Positions 12,616 to 25,667 of a DNA stretch of 64,000 bases are shown here, one piece after another; position 1 is the stretch's first letter; every line of letters starts with the position of its first letter. The translations under genes and the position numbers were made by a program. The stretch is from Squalus acanthias (taxonomy: Eukaryota). Under the pieces are notes generated by a model. The model was not told the DNA's origin. It made no database searches and worked only from the letters and a program-made list of their open reading frames with translations. The stretch is taken from assembly GCA_030390025.1 (NCBI GenBank), contig CM059432.1:20276001-20340000 (forward strand), read 5' to 3'.

Positions 12616-13008
12616 TCTTCTTCTTAGGCAGTCCCTCAGAACCGAGGATGACTTGCTTCCACACTAAAAATGAGTTCTCAGGTGACTGATGAGTCCAATG
12701 CGGGACCTGCACAGTCTCTGTCACAGGTGGGGCAGACGGTGGTTGAAGGGGCGAGTGGGTGGGGTGCTTGGGTTGACGTGCACTGCTTGCACTTGGCTTC
12801 CGCTTGCTCCCGGCGAAGAGACTCGAGGCGTTCAGCGCCTTCCCGGATGCTTCTCCTCCACTTTGTACGGTCTTGGGCCAGGGATTCCCAGGTGTCGGTG
12901 GGGATGTTGCACTTTTTCAAGGAGGCTTTGAGGGTGTCCTTGAAGCGTTTCCTCTGCCCACCTGGGGCTCTCTTGCCACGTCGGAGCTCCAAGTAGAGTG
13001 CTTGTTTT
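12616..13008 (-). mobile_element. RTE (BovB-like) LINE 3' fragment
   Basis: KQALYLEL..GKRAPGGQRKRFKDTLKASLKKCNI...CPTCDRDC; (gaa)n tail. Confidence 0.9.
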
Positions 13009-13102
13009 ATGCACATTGGGAAGGCCATTTCAGCTCTTTTTGAATGTATAGGGGTGCGGCAAAGGTCTGAAATTTTCAGGTGCACTAAGACTGACAGCAG
13101 TT

Positions 13103-13247
13103 TCTTTTTATGCGTTACTGGGATGTAGGTGTCGCTGGCAAGGCCAGCATTTATTGCCCATCCCTAAATGCCCTTGAGAAGGTGGCGGTGAGCCGCCTTC
13201 TTGAACCGCTGCAGTCTGTGTGGTGAAGGTACTCCCACAGTGCTTTG
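13103..13247 (-). mobile_element. 3' end of an A-tailed LINE family (or its partner SINE)
   Basis: STVGVPSPHRLQRFKKAAHRHLLKG, the same terminus as 58566-58970. Confidence 0.75.
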
Positions 13248-13249
13248 GT

Positions 13250-13641
13250 TAAGTATCTCAGTAAGATCATTCAAAATAAAATTACGAAGAATATCGTTAT
13301 CAAACTCCAGGAATCTCAGTTGCGCCGATATCAGGTGACTTTGAGTGGCGCTGCACCTTGTGGGTTTAAATCTATGCCGGAGCATTATTCGCGTGAATCC
13401 AGGGAATTGGCACGTGGTAGTCTTTTGGAATGGCAGGGTGGAGTTCCGTAAATTAATAGCAGAAGAGGATTTTGGTGGACGTGTCTTGGAAGTGACGCAA
13501 GTGATTGAGGAAATTACTGCCTGCCAATGTTGCGGCATAAAACCGGCATAAGTTGGGCAAGAATTACCTTGGGAAGAAAAAACAGCGCAACACCGCTCAT
13601 GCGCCATAGTTACCACAAAACTATCCAAGAAACTCCAGGCC
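13250..13641. mobile_element. Probable terminal part of a Harbinger-type DNA transposon
   Basis: CpG-containing block ending aaactccaggcc, similar to the right termini at 23710, 29465 and 46782. Confidence 0.35.
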
Positions 13642-14213
13642 ATAATGTCAGTCACCTTCTTCTATTGCTCTGCCTTGTAATGGGGGGGGGTAGGGGGTCC
13701 TCCTGCCTGATAACACTAACATTAATGACAAGTAGCCAAAGGATGTGTTCATCTGCCTTCTCTCTCTTTTTAAGATGCTGACAGGCCTGTTGCAGGTTTC
13801 CAGCATTTTCCGATTTTATTCCATGCCTTCACTAACATTTACTCTTCATTCTGTGGATTTCAAATGTGCGCGAGGATGTAAAATTTATTGGCACAGAGCA
13901 ATTCTTTGTGCCGAGCTGGAGTAAAGCAAAAGGTGGCCGCAGACTGCATTATTTATCAAGTAATTTTCTTTCTCTCCCGCTTTGCAAGTGAAAAACAAAA
14001 CGGCTCTGTCTTCTCAGCATAATAGAAAGAAAGCTCTTTATAGCAGCTTGAAGAGAAATTTGACTGCTATGCTTATTTAAAGATTAGCAGCATAAAATTG
14101 CAGTTCCAATGTAAACAAGGTTCTGTTGAATTTCTGGATCCAGCAGCAGGGTTGAAGCTATAGTTTAACATTAAACGTGTTTACCACATCGTATTGAGCT
14201 GTCAGAGACAGGG

Positions 14214-14982
14214 AACAACAACAACTTGTATTTATATAGCGCCTCTAAAGTAGTTAAACGTCCCAAGGCACTTCACAGGAGCGTTATCAAACAAAATTTG
14301 ACAACCAGCCACATAAGGAGATATTAGGACAGATGATCAAAAGCAAAGTCAAAGAAGTAGGTTTTAAGGAGCATCTTAAAGGAGAGAGGTGTAGAGGCGA
14401 AGAGGTTTAGCGAAGGAATTCCAGAGCTTAGGGCCTTGGCAGCAGAAGGCACAGCCACCAATGGTGCAGCGATGAAAATCAGGGATGTGCAAGAGGCCAG
14501 AATTGGAGGAGCACAGAGATCTCGGAGGGTTGTAGGACTGGAGGAGATTACAGAGATAGGGAGGGGCGAGGCCCTGGAGGGATTTGAAAACAAGGATGAA
14601 AATTTTAAAATTCAAGCGTTGCCGGACCAGGAGCCAATGTAGGTCAGCGAGCACAGGGGTGATGGGTGAACGGGACTTGGTGCAAGTTAGGATAGGGCCA
14701 GCAGAGTTTTGGATCAACTCAAGGTGGAAGATGGGAGGCCGGCCATGAGAGCATTGGAATGGTCAAGTCTAGAGGTAACAAAGGCGTGGATGAGGGTTTC
14801 AGCAGCAGATGAGTTGAAGCAGAGACGGAGTTGGGCGATGTTACAGAGGTGGAAGTAGGTGGCCTTGGTAATGGGGCGGATATATGGTCGGAAGGTCATC
14901 TCGGGATCAAATACGACACTAAGGTTGCGAACAGTCTGGTTCAGCCTCAAACAGTTGCCAGGTAAAGGGATGGAGTCGGTGG
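14214..14982 (-). mobile_element. L2 LINE, 5'-truncated
   Basis: Minus ORFs VRNLSVVFDPEMTFRP...HAFVTSRLDHSNAL and ITPVLADLHWLLVRQR; (caa)n tail at 14214. Confidence 0.92.
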
Positions 14983-15169
14983 CCGCAATTGCTACATTAC
15001 AACAATGACTACACTTCAAAAGTATTTCATTGGCTTTCTTTGGGATGTCCTGAGGCAGATGGGGAAAAAAATTAAAGAAGGAATTAAAACACAAAGGGTC
15101 AAAAAATAAGAATGAATGAACTAAAGGATATACCAAACCCCTCCTCCAGAATCCCCTGGCTCATGGAAT

Positions 15170-15625
15170 GTGCCAGCCAGTGGTTCAGTTGGTAGCACTC
15201 TCACCTCTGGCTCAAAGTTTGTGGGTTCAAGTCCCACTCCAGAGACTTGAGTGCAAAATCTAGGCTAACACTCCAGTGCAGTACTGAGCGAGTGCTGCAC
15301 TGCTGGAGGTGCCATATTTCAGCTGAGGCATTAAACCAAGGCTCCGACTTACCTCTCTGGTGGACGTAAAAGATCCCATGGCACTATTTTGAAGAGGAGC
15401 AGGGAAGTTCTCCCTGGTGTTCTGGTCAATATTTATCCCTCAAGCAACATCACTACAACAGATTATCTGGTCATTATCACACTGTTGTTTGTGCACCAAT
15501 TAACTGTCGCATTTCCTACATGACACCAGCGACTACACTTCAAAACTACTTCATTGGCTGTAAAGCTCTTTGGAACATCCTGAGGTCGTGAAAGACACTA
15601 CATAAATACAAGTCTTTCTTTCTTT
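15170..15625 (+). mobile_element. Deu-domain tRNA-SINE (SacSINE1-like), full length
   Basis: A box tggttcagttgg, B box gggttcaagtcc, Deu core gtaaaagatcccatggcactattt, tail taaatacaagtctttc. Confidence 0.9.
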
Positions 15626-16140
15626 TACTTTGTCCAAGTGGCAATTCTTGTGCGCCTATGTAGAATGCTGAAGGGTCAGGTCTGAATCTGTTCCTATCTT
15701 TCCTGATGCCCACACATACACACATTACCACAGCACTGACGAGACATCGACCTAGAGTAGGATTTTCTCCTCCCCATCACCGGAGTGCCAAGATGCAATG
15801 TAGTGCCCCTACTGCTGGCCAGGTGAGATCGGCAGCGGTCAATCATGGGATCTTCTTGGCCTTCGGTCTTCACAGCTTGGTGATACACCAGATGTAGCAA
15901 CTGAGCCAACAGGACTTTAGATACTTCGGGAAAAAGGAACTGCATTTGTTTTGGATTTGCCCACTCACAGATGTTCTTCCCTGGAACATTTTAACCTAAC
16001 TGTAAACCCAAGCATTAGACAAGAAAATTGCAGTCAATGTTGGAAATCCTGCCCAAGCAAATGTGACAAAAAAAGACAATCAAAATCTGCTACAACAGGT
16101 AGTCAAAGCCAGGGCTCTCAATCCCTCTCTCCCATAAGCA

Positions 16141-16506
16141 ATTTCAGATCAAAACCACTGCCCCCATTTTGTCAGGCAGCAGCTGTTGGTAATGATTCTG
16201 CTATTCCTATTTACACCTCCTCAGACCCATCTTTTGTTTCTTTACTTGTCCCATTACCATCCCCTTTTGCCTTGCGCCATCATCCCTTCTGTCATTTAAT
16301 CTCTCCTGCCTGCCACCTTATCACAGACCTTCCCTTAAGTTCTTTCCTCCCCGCCCCCTTTCCCAGCCTCTGTAATTGCTTAAAACCTGTTACATCTCTA
16401 ACTTTTTCCAGTTCTGATGAAAGGTCATCAACCTGAAACGTTAACTCTGTTTCTCTCCACAGATGCTGCCTGACCTGCTGAGTATTTCCAGCATTTTCTG
16501 TTTTTA
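16141..16506 (+). mobile_element. Penelope-like element 3' fragment with 13-bp TSD
   Basis: Homologous to 56770-57181; TSD tctcccataagca at 16128-16140 and 16507-16519. Confidence 0.88.
16410..16446 (+). ncRNA. Minimal type I hammerhead ribozyme motif
   Basis: agtt-CTGATGA-a-aggt catca acct-GAAAC-GTT-aact: intact core, helix I agtt/aact, helix II aggt/acct. Confidence 0.75.
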
Positions 16507-16889
16507 TCTCCCATAAGCATATCGCTCAAGGATAGGTTGGATCGTGGAATGTAGCATTCATATATGTATCTGGTATTGAACTAATGTTGCACATTTGGGG
16601 GTTGGGGAAAGATTCTTCCAAAGATACAACTCCATTTTAGAAAAGTCTAGGATGCATGATCGCAACACGACGTTGCGGGGGAAAAGTCCTGAAACAGCTG
16701 CTCAGTGATCTTCTCCTCTTTCACGGTCTTTTTCTTTCTCTCCCTCTCTTGCTCTCTTTCTCTCTCAGTCTGTCCTTGTTACCATCTTTTGTTTCGTCCT
16801 TGTTTATCTCTCTCTCTCCTGTTTCCTTTGTGTTACTCCTCTTGTCTCTGCCAACTGCTGCTCTTTTCTCCAGTGATCTCTCACAACAG

Positions 16890-17015
16890 TACATAAGAAA
16901 TAGGAGCAGGAGTAGGCCATTCGGCCCGTCGAGCCTGCTCTGCCATTCAATAGGATCATGGCTGAAATTCTACCTCAACTCTACTTTCCTGCCCTGCTCC
17001 CAGATCCCTTGATTC
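16890..17015 (-). mobile_element. CR1 3' UTR fragment
   Basis: acataagaaataggagcaggagtaggccattcggccc. Confidence 0.85.
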
Positions 17016-17517
17016 GTTTAGTACGAGCATCAGGAATCAACACCAAAGTCACAGAATGAAATGGGAGGGATCTAGCAAGAGATAGAAAGGTTCATTTTCA
17101 ACTATACACACAATTTATTGTGCACTGAAACATCAAACCAAGGTTTAACAAAGAACGCGTGCATTTTGCTGCCACCTTCCAATGTTACAATGGCTTTTTA
17201 ACAGCAGCCTTCAGAACTCTTTCTCACCTCAAAATTGGCAGCATCAAGACAAAACGTTGGTTGTTACTTGACTAACGAGTACGTGAGTGGAGGTGTTAAA
17301 GTACAATAGGGGCCACCAGAGAAATATTTCAAAGTCTCTACATGCAGTGAGTCATATAAAGAAATCATGTCAACTGTATGAGATTCAAATATCAGTTCGT
17401 TTTCTTACATGTTCGTGCACGAACACAATTATTCTCTCCCCCTGAACTGTTGTTAACCCAACCTCAAAGCCTCAATGTGTACAATCCAGTCTGCAGTCAG
17501 AGTCTCTGTAAAATCAG

Positions 17518-17735
17518 GAGGAACATGGAGACAGTAGTAGGCCATTCAGCCCCTCGAGCCTGTTCCGCCATTCAATTAGATCATGGCTGATGTGTATCTT
17601 AGCTCCATTCACCCACCTTGGTTCCATATCCCTTAATATCCTTACCTACCAAAAATGTATCAATCTCAGATTTGAAATTTTCAATTGACCTAGCCTCAAC
17701 AGCTATTTGAGAGAGAGTTCCAGATTTCCACTACC
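17518..17735 (-). mobile_element. CR1 3' end fragment
   Basis: gtaggccattcagcccctcgagcctgttccgccattcaat...gagagttccaga. Confidence 0.8.
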
Positions 17736-19239
17736 TGACATCACCCCTGAATTAAGACTTATTTCCTGTTATAACGGTGATACTGGTATCTTCAGCTATG
17801 CAACTGCTACAGTATATGATTTGTGATGTATTTCTATCTTTGAAATGACAACTTTTTAAAATTATATTTAAAAAGTTAAAAACAAAGACTACAAGTCCAT
17901 TATTTATACATTGAGGAAAGTCCACAAACAGAAACAAATTCATATTTTGCATACTTCAATATTGCTGCTGAAGCTCCCATTCTTCCCCAGAATGTAAATG
18001 GAGTAAATGTATAATACCAACAGCTCTGCCATATTTCAGAACTACAATTTCGCAACATAAATAAAGTATGTAAAACAAATTGGGGAGGGGCATGAAAAGA
18101 GGAGTAGGAATCACTCACTTTGGGCTTAAGTCAAACAAAGTACGCCTGCACAATCCTTTCAGACATCAGTTCACAAATCTCTTTAACTCACGTAATACCA
18201 TCACAAGACACACAAACACATACTACACGAGATTACAGAGTCCAATCCATGAGGAGCAAATTGGAAAGCACTGCTCGATTTAATGGCAGGTCTAGATAAT
18301 ATGAATCTCCAATAATAAGGGCTATTAAGGGTAGTCCCAGCAGGTTCTTGCAAATGAGGTTCATTTGTATTGAGTTAAGAGAAGAACAGGCTTCAACAAG
18401 GCAAAGTGCAAAGAATATTAAAAGACATCTAAAACACAATCCTTAACATCTGCAAGTGATTCACTAACGTTATCTCATTAACCAATTTTCAGGGAAGTGA
18501 CAAACTGCTCATTCTCTTCCTTTGATCTCCCCATGCTTGGGAGAGACCGAAAATAAAATCAAAGGCTTAAAGCCCTCCTTAGGGCACTGGTAAAAGTTAA
18601 CACAGCAGAGATGATTAATCAATTAGAATAGATGAATCGGATATTAAAGCTTATGAACAGATTTAAAAAGCACACTGCCACAAGGACTGCCTGTGTGGCA
18701 ATGGTACGACTATATCTTATTTCGCACCCGAATCCCACTCTGAATGGGAACAATAAGCAGAATCTGAATGAGCCACTTATGTTTGTGGGTGCAGGTGAAG
18801 CTGATTCCGTTTAAGATTTAATGCCAGTTTAATGATCAAGTTGCAGTATTTGTGAAATCATTTCATATATGCCTGTGCCTGATGTCCATAAATACCTGTG
18901 TCTCAGTCAGACGCTTTCACAGCACTGTATGACCTGCACACAAGAAAAATCATATCGTGGGGAATTTATAGCTCTTTCTCAATTCCATGCGTGGTATTCC
19001 ATGGCTATTCTTAACTTTTCCAGAAGCAAATCCAATCCATCAACAGTAAATCTGACAGCACTGCTGAATTTACTGTAAAGATTAGATGTAATGAATCCCC
19101 AAATAAGGGTAGTCCCCGTAACTATCCTTTTTTGATAGATCTCAATCCTACATACCCACTCTCTCTTGATACCGCTGAATCCCTTTTCTCTTTTATTTGT
19201 TCTCACGATGCCGATGATGCTGGCAAGGCTGCATTTCTC

Positions 19240-19425
19240 CTTTTTAATTCGTTCACAGGATGCGGGCGTCGCTGGCAAGGCCAGCATTTATTGCCCATCA
19301 TCTTGCTAATCTCTAGTTGCTCTGAGAAGGTGGTGGTGGTGAGCCTTCTCCTTGAACCGCTACAGCGGATGTGCTGATGTTCCTCTTACAATGGTGTTTG
19401 GGAGGGATATCCGGGATTTCGACCC
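19240..19425 (-). mobile_element. 3' end of the A-tailed LINE family
   Basis: tttttaattcgttcacaggatgcgggcgtcgctggcaaggccagc matches 58566 onward. Confidence 0.75.
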
Positions 19426-20519
19426 AGAAGGAATCGAGTAAATTACTCCAATCAATCGTGAAAAGTTAGTCTGGTTAAATCCAACAAAATCGTTCTGTGC
19501 TAAATCTGAAGAAAGATTTACGCAACAGTACATTTTGAGTTTTTGCGAGGCAGACGCCATAAACATTTTAGGTACAACGCAAACACTAGATTTTAAAGTT
19601 CTAACAGCTAGTGGTTCAGTGACCAAAATAATTACTCAACATAGCCCTAAAGGCAGTGCTCTGGATCCCAGCCACACTGTACAAGTTCAAAAGACACAGT
19701 ATATATCAAAGAGAACTGAAAATTGGTCTATTAACAGAAATACTTAAGATTTATAATTTCAGTATTAGTCACTGTTAACGCCTTCATTCGTTTGCATAGC
19801 TCTGTTTTTGTTTCTGCTTATCTCTTCTCCCTGTTGTCCTAAAGTTGCTGACTCCTTCAAGGGCACAGCTGCTTGGGGGTATGATGCTCTCTTGCACCTA
19901 GTCTAAGTGGCCATTATTCACGGGTAAGCCTCGACGGTAAGCGTCAGTAGAGGGTCATCAGAATCAAGACCAATCCTCCCCACACCCAAGGTGCGTGGTC
20001 ACCAGTTATTGACCAGGAGCAGGAATCCTAGCTAATTTTCCTCTCTCTATCTAAGGGGCAGTGAGCTGAATGGGGTAGCGGCCCCACTGTCGCATCGACT
20101 ACAATTTGCTAACTCTGTGCAGACTAGAGAAGGAACCTGGGAGCCTCCTCGGTTGTACGGCTCGGTTACTCACTGACAGAAATGTCTGATTCCCATTGCG
20201 AGAGTTGTATCTGTAAACAACCCAGAAGCAGGCAACCCCCGCATTAATGAGGGTCACCCATTTCAGGAATTCCTGTATTTTACATGAAAATTTCCTTGCA
20301 TGCACATTCAGGAAGGACATTAATTGATCTACTACTGAATGGTAGCTAAAATAAAGTATTGGAAATGTACAGCAGGTTGATCAAACCTCAAAATTCTGAT
20401 GAAAATCAGATAAAAATTTAACAACTTTGACTTTTTGATCAGCCTTCTGTTTCCAATATTTTCTCTCTTTTATTTCAAATTTGCATATTTTCTTTTTAAC
20501 TGAGGGGTTATTAGTTTGA

Positions 20520-20825
20520 GATGCATTGCTTCAGCCCAATCTTCGTAGGCATCGGACCGTGTATGATATGAGCGGTTCATCTCAAACCTACCCTGCAGGC
20601 AGTGCTTCCAGCAGCTGCCATCCAAAGCCTCAAGAGTTTCCTCATCAGCCATATGACAACATTAGCCCTTCAGCACAGAACTTGTAAGACGTCAGCCAAT
20701 GCCATATATCAAGCTCATCAATCACCAACAGCTTAATTTAGGTCTCGATATGAGGAAAGGTTTTAAAAGATGTGCACCTGCTAAAAGGCTGATTTCCCCA
20801 TCCAGGATATGGACTGACAGATCGG
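20520..20825 (-). mobile_element. Old RTE-like LINE C-terminal fragment
   Basis: Minus-strand pieces ILDGEI...RPKL...ETLEALDGSCWKHCL resemble the RTE C-terminal pattern; heavily decayed. Confidence 0.4.
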
Positions 20826-20896
20826 TGTAACTTCCTTCTCTACAGCCATTTTCCTTTTATACCACAAATTTACTTTGTAGATTGATGCTTGACGCA

Positions 20897-21640
20897 TAGA
20901 ACCATAAATGTTTACAGCACAGCAGGAAGCCATTCGACCCATTGTCTCTGTGCCAGCTCTTTTCTAGAGCAATTGAAAACTATTCCCACTGCCCCGCTAT
21001 CTCCTCATATTCCTGTGCTTCAAATATTTATCGAATTGTCCTAAAAAATGCACCGGTCCCTGCCTCAACTCTTCCTATGTCAAAGCATTTCACATTCCAG
21101 CAATCTCTGCGTATAAAGATTTCTCTCAACCTCAATGCTTACATTTTAAATTGATGACCCCCCACATCATTGACTCCCAACCAAAGGAAATAGGCTTTTT
21201 CTATTCACTCTATCAAAACCTCTCAGAATTTTAGAAACCTCTATTAAAGCTCTTTTTAGCCTTTTAGTCCCGGTATCTCAAGTCTCTCCTCACATCTGTA
21301 GTTCTTCACTCTTGGCATCATCCCGGTGAATCTATACTGTATGTGGTTTATTACTTTAATGCTCTTTCTATAATGCACACAATACTCTGACTGTGGCCTA
21401 CTTTACTCTTGTACTCAATGCCCCTTTATGTAAAGCCCAAAATGCTGCTGGCCGTTTTTTTATGGCTTTATACCTACCTGCATTTGCACTTTAAGGGACT
21501 TGTATACCTTAACCCCAAGGCCCCTATGTTCCCCTGCACCCTCCAGCATCTTTTCATTGCGTATATACTCCCATTCTTTGTTTTTCCTCCCAAAATGCAT
21601 TACCTCACACTTCTCTGCCCTTCCATTGAAGGCCCAGGAG
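20897..21640 (-). mobile_element. CR1 LINE 3' portion, degenerate
   Basis: EKCEVMHFGRKNKEWEY...RGLGVKVYKSLKV; catagaaccataaa tail. Confidence 0.85.
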
Positions 21641-23066
21641 TTCTGAAGCACAAATTAAACCTGTATTGAGACAATGTGGTCATTGAAACAAAGCACCTTT
21701 CGCCCTTTCTGAACATGGTCCCAAAGAACTGAAGTTGGCAACCAATGCAAACCCAGACAGGGATAGATACTCCTTGTAGCTTCCCAACAATATCTTCAGG
21801 ATACCTTCCTGAGCTGTGCAAAGCCATAATACTGTATTTGGGGACCCACTGGGATGTGGTGGCTACACTTTTCAAATTGGGTAGGACAAGAGCTGGCAAT
21901 ATAGTTGATGTTCAGTAGCTATTACATACTTGAAAAGGAGAAATTTGCAGGGCTATGGGGAAAGAGCAGGGGAGTGGGACAAATTGGATAGCTCTTTCAA
22001 GAGCCGACACAGACACAATGGACTGAATGGCCTCCTTCTGTGCTGTATGATTCTATTTATGAAGGAAAGAGAAGAATGTGCGAGGTAAGGAATTCCAGAC
22101 TTCTGAAGTCCTGGCAACGAATAAGTTAGATACGAAGACAACGTGCTCATTCTTGATTTCAACACAGTGAGGATATAGGTAGGTGGAAGAGCGTGCATGG
22201 CAGGTTATTCAAAGCTAAGAGGAGCAAAAGGAGAAAGTTCAGAGCATCAATAATTGTAGCAGTATTGATGAAAGAGAAACTCACGAGAGAATTACCCACC
22301 ATTTTAACATGAATTTTTAAACTTACTATATAATTCCCGGTTTTACCATCAATTAGTTAAATATTTTAGTTAAATCTGAAGTGATGTTAAATTGTTCCAA
22401 CAGTAACCTGCGTGCGAAAATGAAGGCTTCACCATAAAGGAAATCCGACTTTTTAAATGAAAGGCATTGAAGAATGGAAGGAACACACAATGTAACAAAC
22501 CGAGAGCGACAAGACGAGAACAATCCTTATTGCCATTTTTCACATTCCAGAACACTGCAGATGGCAAAATTACAAAATGTATAAGCCCCATCTGCTAGAA
22601 TGCAGCGCATATGTAAATAGAGGATGCATAGGCATAATGTAGTTCTGTAATGCCTTGGTGAATAATAGTCTCTTTCGACAAAAGTGACTTTTAATACAGT
22701 TCTTCTGGTTTTGTTTAATCACATCATTAGCAACCTTGTTGGTTTAAGCTTACGTTCCTCTTCCTTGCATATAAAATTTGTTTCAAAGAAATCTTTTTTT
22801 TTAAAAAGCTGTCATCTCCTTTGTCTGCCTTGTAATTATGCTCTACAGTCATTTCTTTTCTACCACACTCGAGGAAGGAACTAAATATATTAACAAGCTG
22901 GTTCAATGCGTTAAAATCACCCACCATCCACCTTTTGTTCAGTTCCCAATCTTAGTCACGTCGCACACGGAACAGCTGAGCAATACAGTCGAGGACAATC
23001 CAAGAATTACCCTGGATTTCTTTTCAGTTCGCTGATCAGGAGACAGGAGAATACTAAAAGCACTAT

Positions 23067-23710
23067 GGGCTGGATTTTCATTGACCCGTGGAGGCGGGTT
23101 TGGAGGCGTGTGGGGGGTTAAAATTGCGAAAACTGGCGGGCGGGCTCAAGTCCGCCTCCATCCCACCTCCATGCAATTTTCATGAAATCGTGTCTGCTGG
23201 TCCCGACTCCGTCCCACCTTTAAGAGACGGGATAGGCTGTTAAGGCCCTTAACACGCACTAAATTGGCTCTATAATGCCATTTTGAAAGGCCTTTGTGAT
23301 TTTAACCCTTGTTCTACGTGAAGCACGCCTGTTCTGAACCATGATTGTGAAACCTGGCGGGAGCACATTGGCTGGCTGGATCTCTCTCTCTCTCTCTGTC
23401 TGTCTGAGTGGTGGTGCAAAAATATGTGGGAGCAGACTTAGGGCTGCTGCTGCTCATTTTGCCTCCAGGTCCTCTCACAACAAAGGCCAGGCAGTCTTTG
23501 CAGACCTTTAATGCAGCAGCAATGATGACATCATCAGAGGCGACTTTCAGACTGAAAACATTAATTGGTTCATGGGTTCCCACATGCTGAAACTCAATTG
23601 CCCAATTAGGTGAAAATTGCATCAATCTCCCACATCCAATTGCAGTCGGGTGGATAACACGTAAAGTGGATGACACGACCCCAACCCGCCCCAGTATCAA
23701 AATCCAGCCC
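23067..23710. mobile_element. PIF/Harbinger-type MITE, 644 bp
   Basis: TIRs gggctggatttt / aaaatccagccc; 3-bp TSD tat at 23064-23066 and 23711-23713. Confidence 0.85.
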
Positions 23711-24965
23711 TATGACTTTAGCCACAGGGTCCCTGAGGTAAGGAGGGGAAAATCATCCCACGTTTCCACTATCCTGTCAGCCCTGTTTGAAACGCACGTG
23801 TGGAGGCTGGCTCCACTGTGACAAGCCCTGCGGACAAATAGGCCCCCCCAACTTCATTATCAAGACATGCATTTGAATAACAGCATTTAGTTCAAAGTAT
23901 AGGGGTGCCCATGGAACAGACCCACGCACGAAGTTGATAGCTCCAGAAAGGCACAAAGAAAATGTATTTGTTCCCTTGAAAGGTCCACTGCTTTTCATCT
24001 TTCAGACACTGGCTGACCTGCTGAGCATTTTTCGGTTTTTATTTCAGATTTCCAGCACTTGTATATTCCCTGTTAACTCACGTTATTATTGTTAAGAGTG
24101 CTCAGTAGCATTCAAAATATTTCAGACACTCATCTCAAGAGACATTTTTGCAATCTAGCTGAAATTGGCTACAGTGGATTTAACTGCTGTATTTAAAATC
24201 AGTACATGTCCCATTGCACAACGTACTTGGTCTTAATTACTCAACATACTTCAAAATGCCTAAAAGCATCCTTGTGGGCACTAATGATAAAGTCAAATCC
24301 TTACAAATTGCAAATCAAAGGCTTGCATGAAGAGGATTAGACTCAAGAAAACCTTGATGTATTTTCCAGTAATAGACAGGGCACAAGAGCAGTGTTTAAT
24401 GAACATATGGCAGCTAATAAGTAAAATTTATAATCTGACTCGTTCTATGATCACTGGGAGACAAGTTTGTAAGCCCCATACTCTGCTACAGCAAGGAAAA
24501 ACTTTACAGATTATGTTAATACTTAAAGCTGAACGCCAAAGTCTCCAACACCAACGCTGACCCAGTTAATTGCTCACCAACTCAAACCCAATACTTCTCC
24601 CCCTCAACACTCGTTCTTCTTTTCCTGAATGTGTTGTCTCATACTGCAGTATGGTTCGCTAATGCCAAAAGCCTCACACAGGCACCTCACTCAAGTTACC
24701 CTTCTACAGTGAGTACTGGCAGGCTATTTCACCATGGAATCGTCACTTTCAAGCCTGGGCATCAGTTAGTTGCACCTCAGCCAAGGTATTGATGACAATG
24801 AGGAGCAGGAATCATGGGTGACACTCACGTCATGGGTAATGAGGCCAATTGGAGTGCCACCGAGCTGAAGCAGCACAAATTTGGGGCCAGCTTGGGCTGA
24901 ATGGGTCAGTACCACATATCCCCCCCAAGAGGAGGTACAGGAGGAAGAGAATCTTCAGAGAGTTT

Positions 24966-25667
24966 TCGGTGTCCTCGTATGGGAAACACAGAAAGTTAGC
25001 ATGCATGTACAGCTAGCAATTAGGAAGGCAAATGGCATGTTGGCCTTTATTGCAAGAGGATTGGAGTACAAGAGAAAGAAAATCTTACTACAATTTTACA
25101 GGGCTTTGGTGAGACCACACCTGGAGTACTGTGCACAGTTTTGGTCTCCTTATCTGAGGGAGGATATACTTGCCTTAGAGGCGGTGCAATGAAGCATTAC
25201 TAGATTGATCCCTGGGATGAGAGGGTTGTCCAATGGGGAAAGATTGAGTAGAATGGGCCTTTACTCTTTGGAGTTTAGAAGAATGAGAGGTGATCTTATT
25301 GAAACACACAAGATTCTGAGGGGGACTGTTTCTGAGAGGTTGTTTCCCCTGGCTGGAGAATCCAGGACTAGGGGGCATAGTCTCAGGATAAGGGGTCGGC
25401 AATTTAAGACTTAGATGAGGAGGAATTTCTTCACTCAGAGGGTTGTGAATATTAGGAATTCTCTACCCCAAATTGCTGTGGATGCTGAATCATTGAGTAT
25501 AGTCAAGGCCGAGATAGATAGATTTTTGGACTCTCGGGGAATCAAGGGATATGGAGATAGGGCGGGAAGGTGGAGTTGAGGTCAAAAATCAGCCATGATC
25601 TTATTGAATGGCGGATCAGGTTCAAGGGGCTGTATGGGCTACTCCTGCTCCTAATTCTTATGTTCTT
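24966..25667 (+). mobile_element. CR1 LINE 3' portion
   Basis: KANGMLAFIARGLEYK...RPHLEYCAQFWSPYL; 3' UTR and ttcttatgttctta tail. Confidence 0.92.

Noticed and set aside
15170..15245. tRNA-like sequence (also near 34020-34095, 12235-12305, 52205-52297)
   Set aside because: These are SINE heads continuous with SINE bodies, not tRNA genes.
19442..19747. About 100-codon stop-free frame, considered as an endogenous viral fragment
   Set aside because: No recognisable motif, start context or splice sites; this length is expected by chance.
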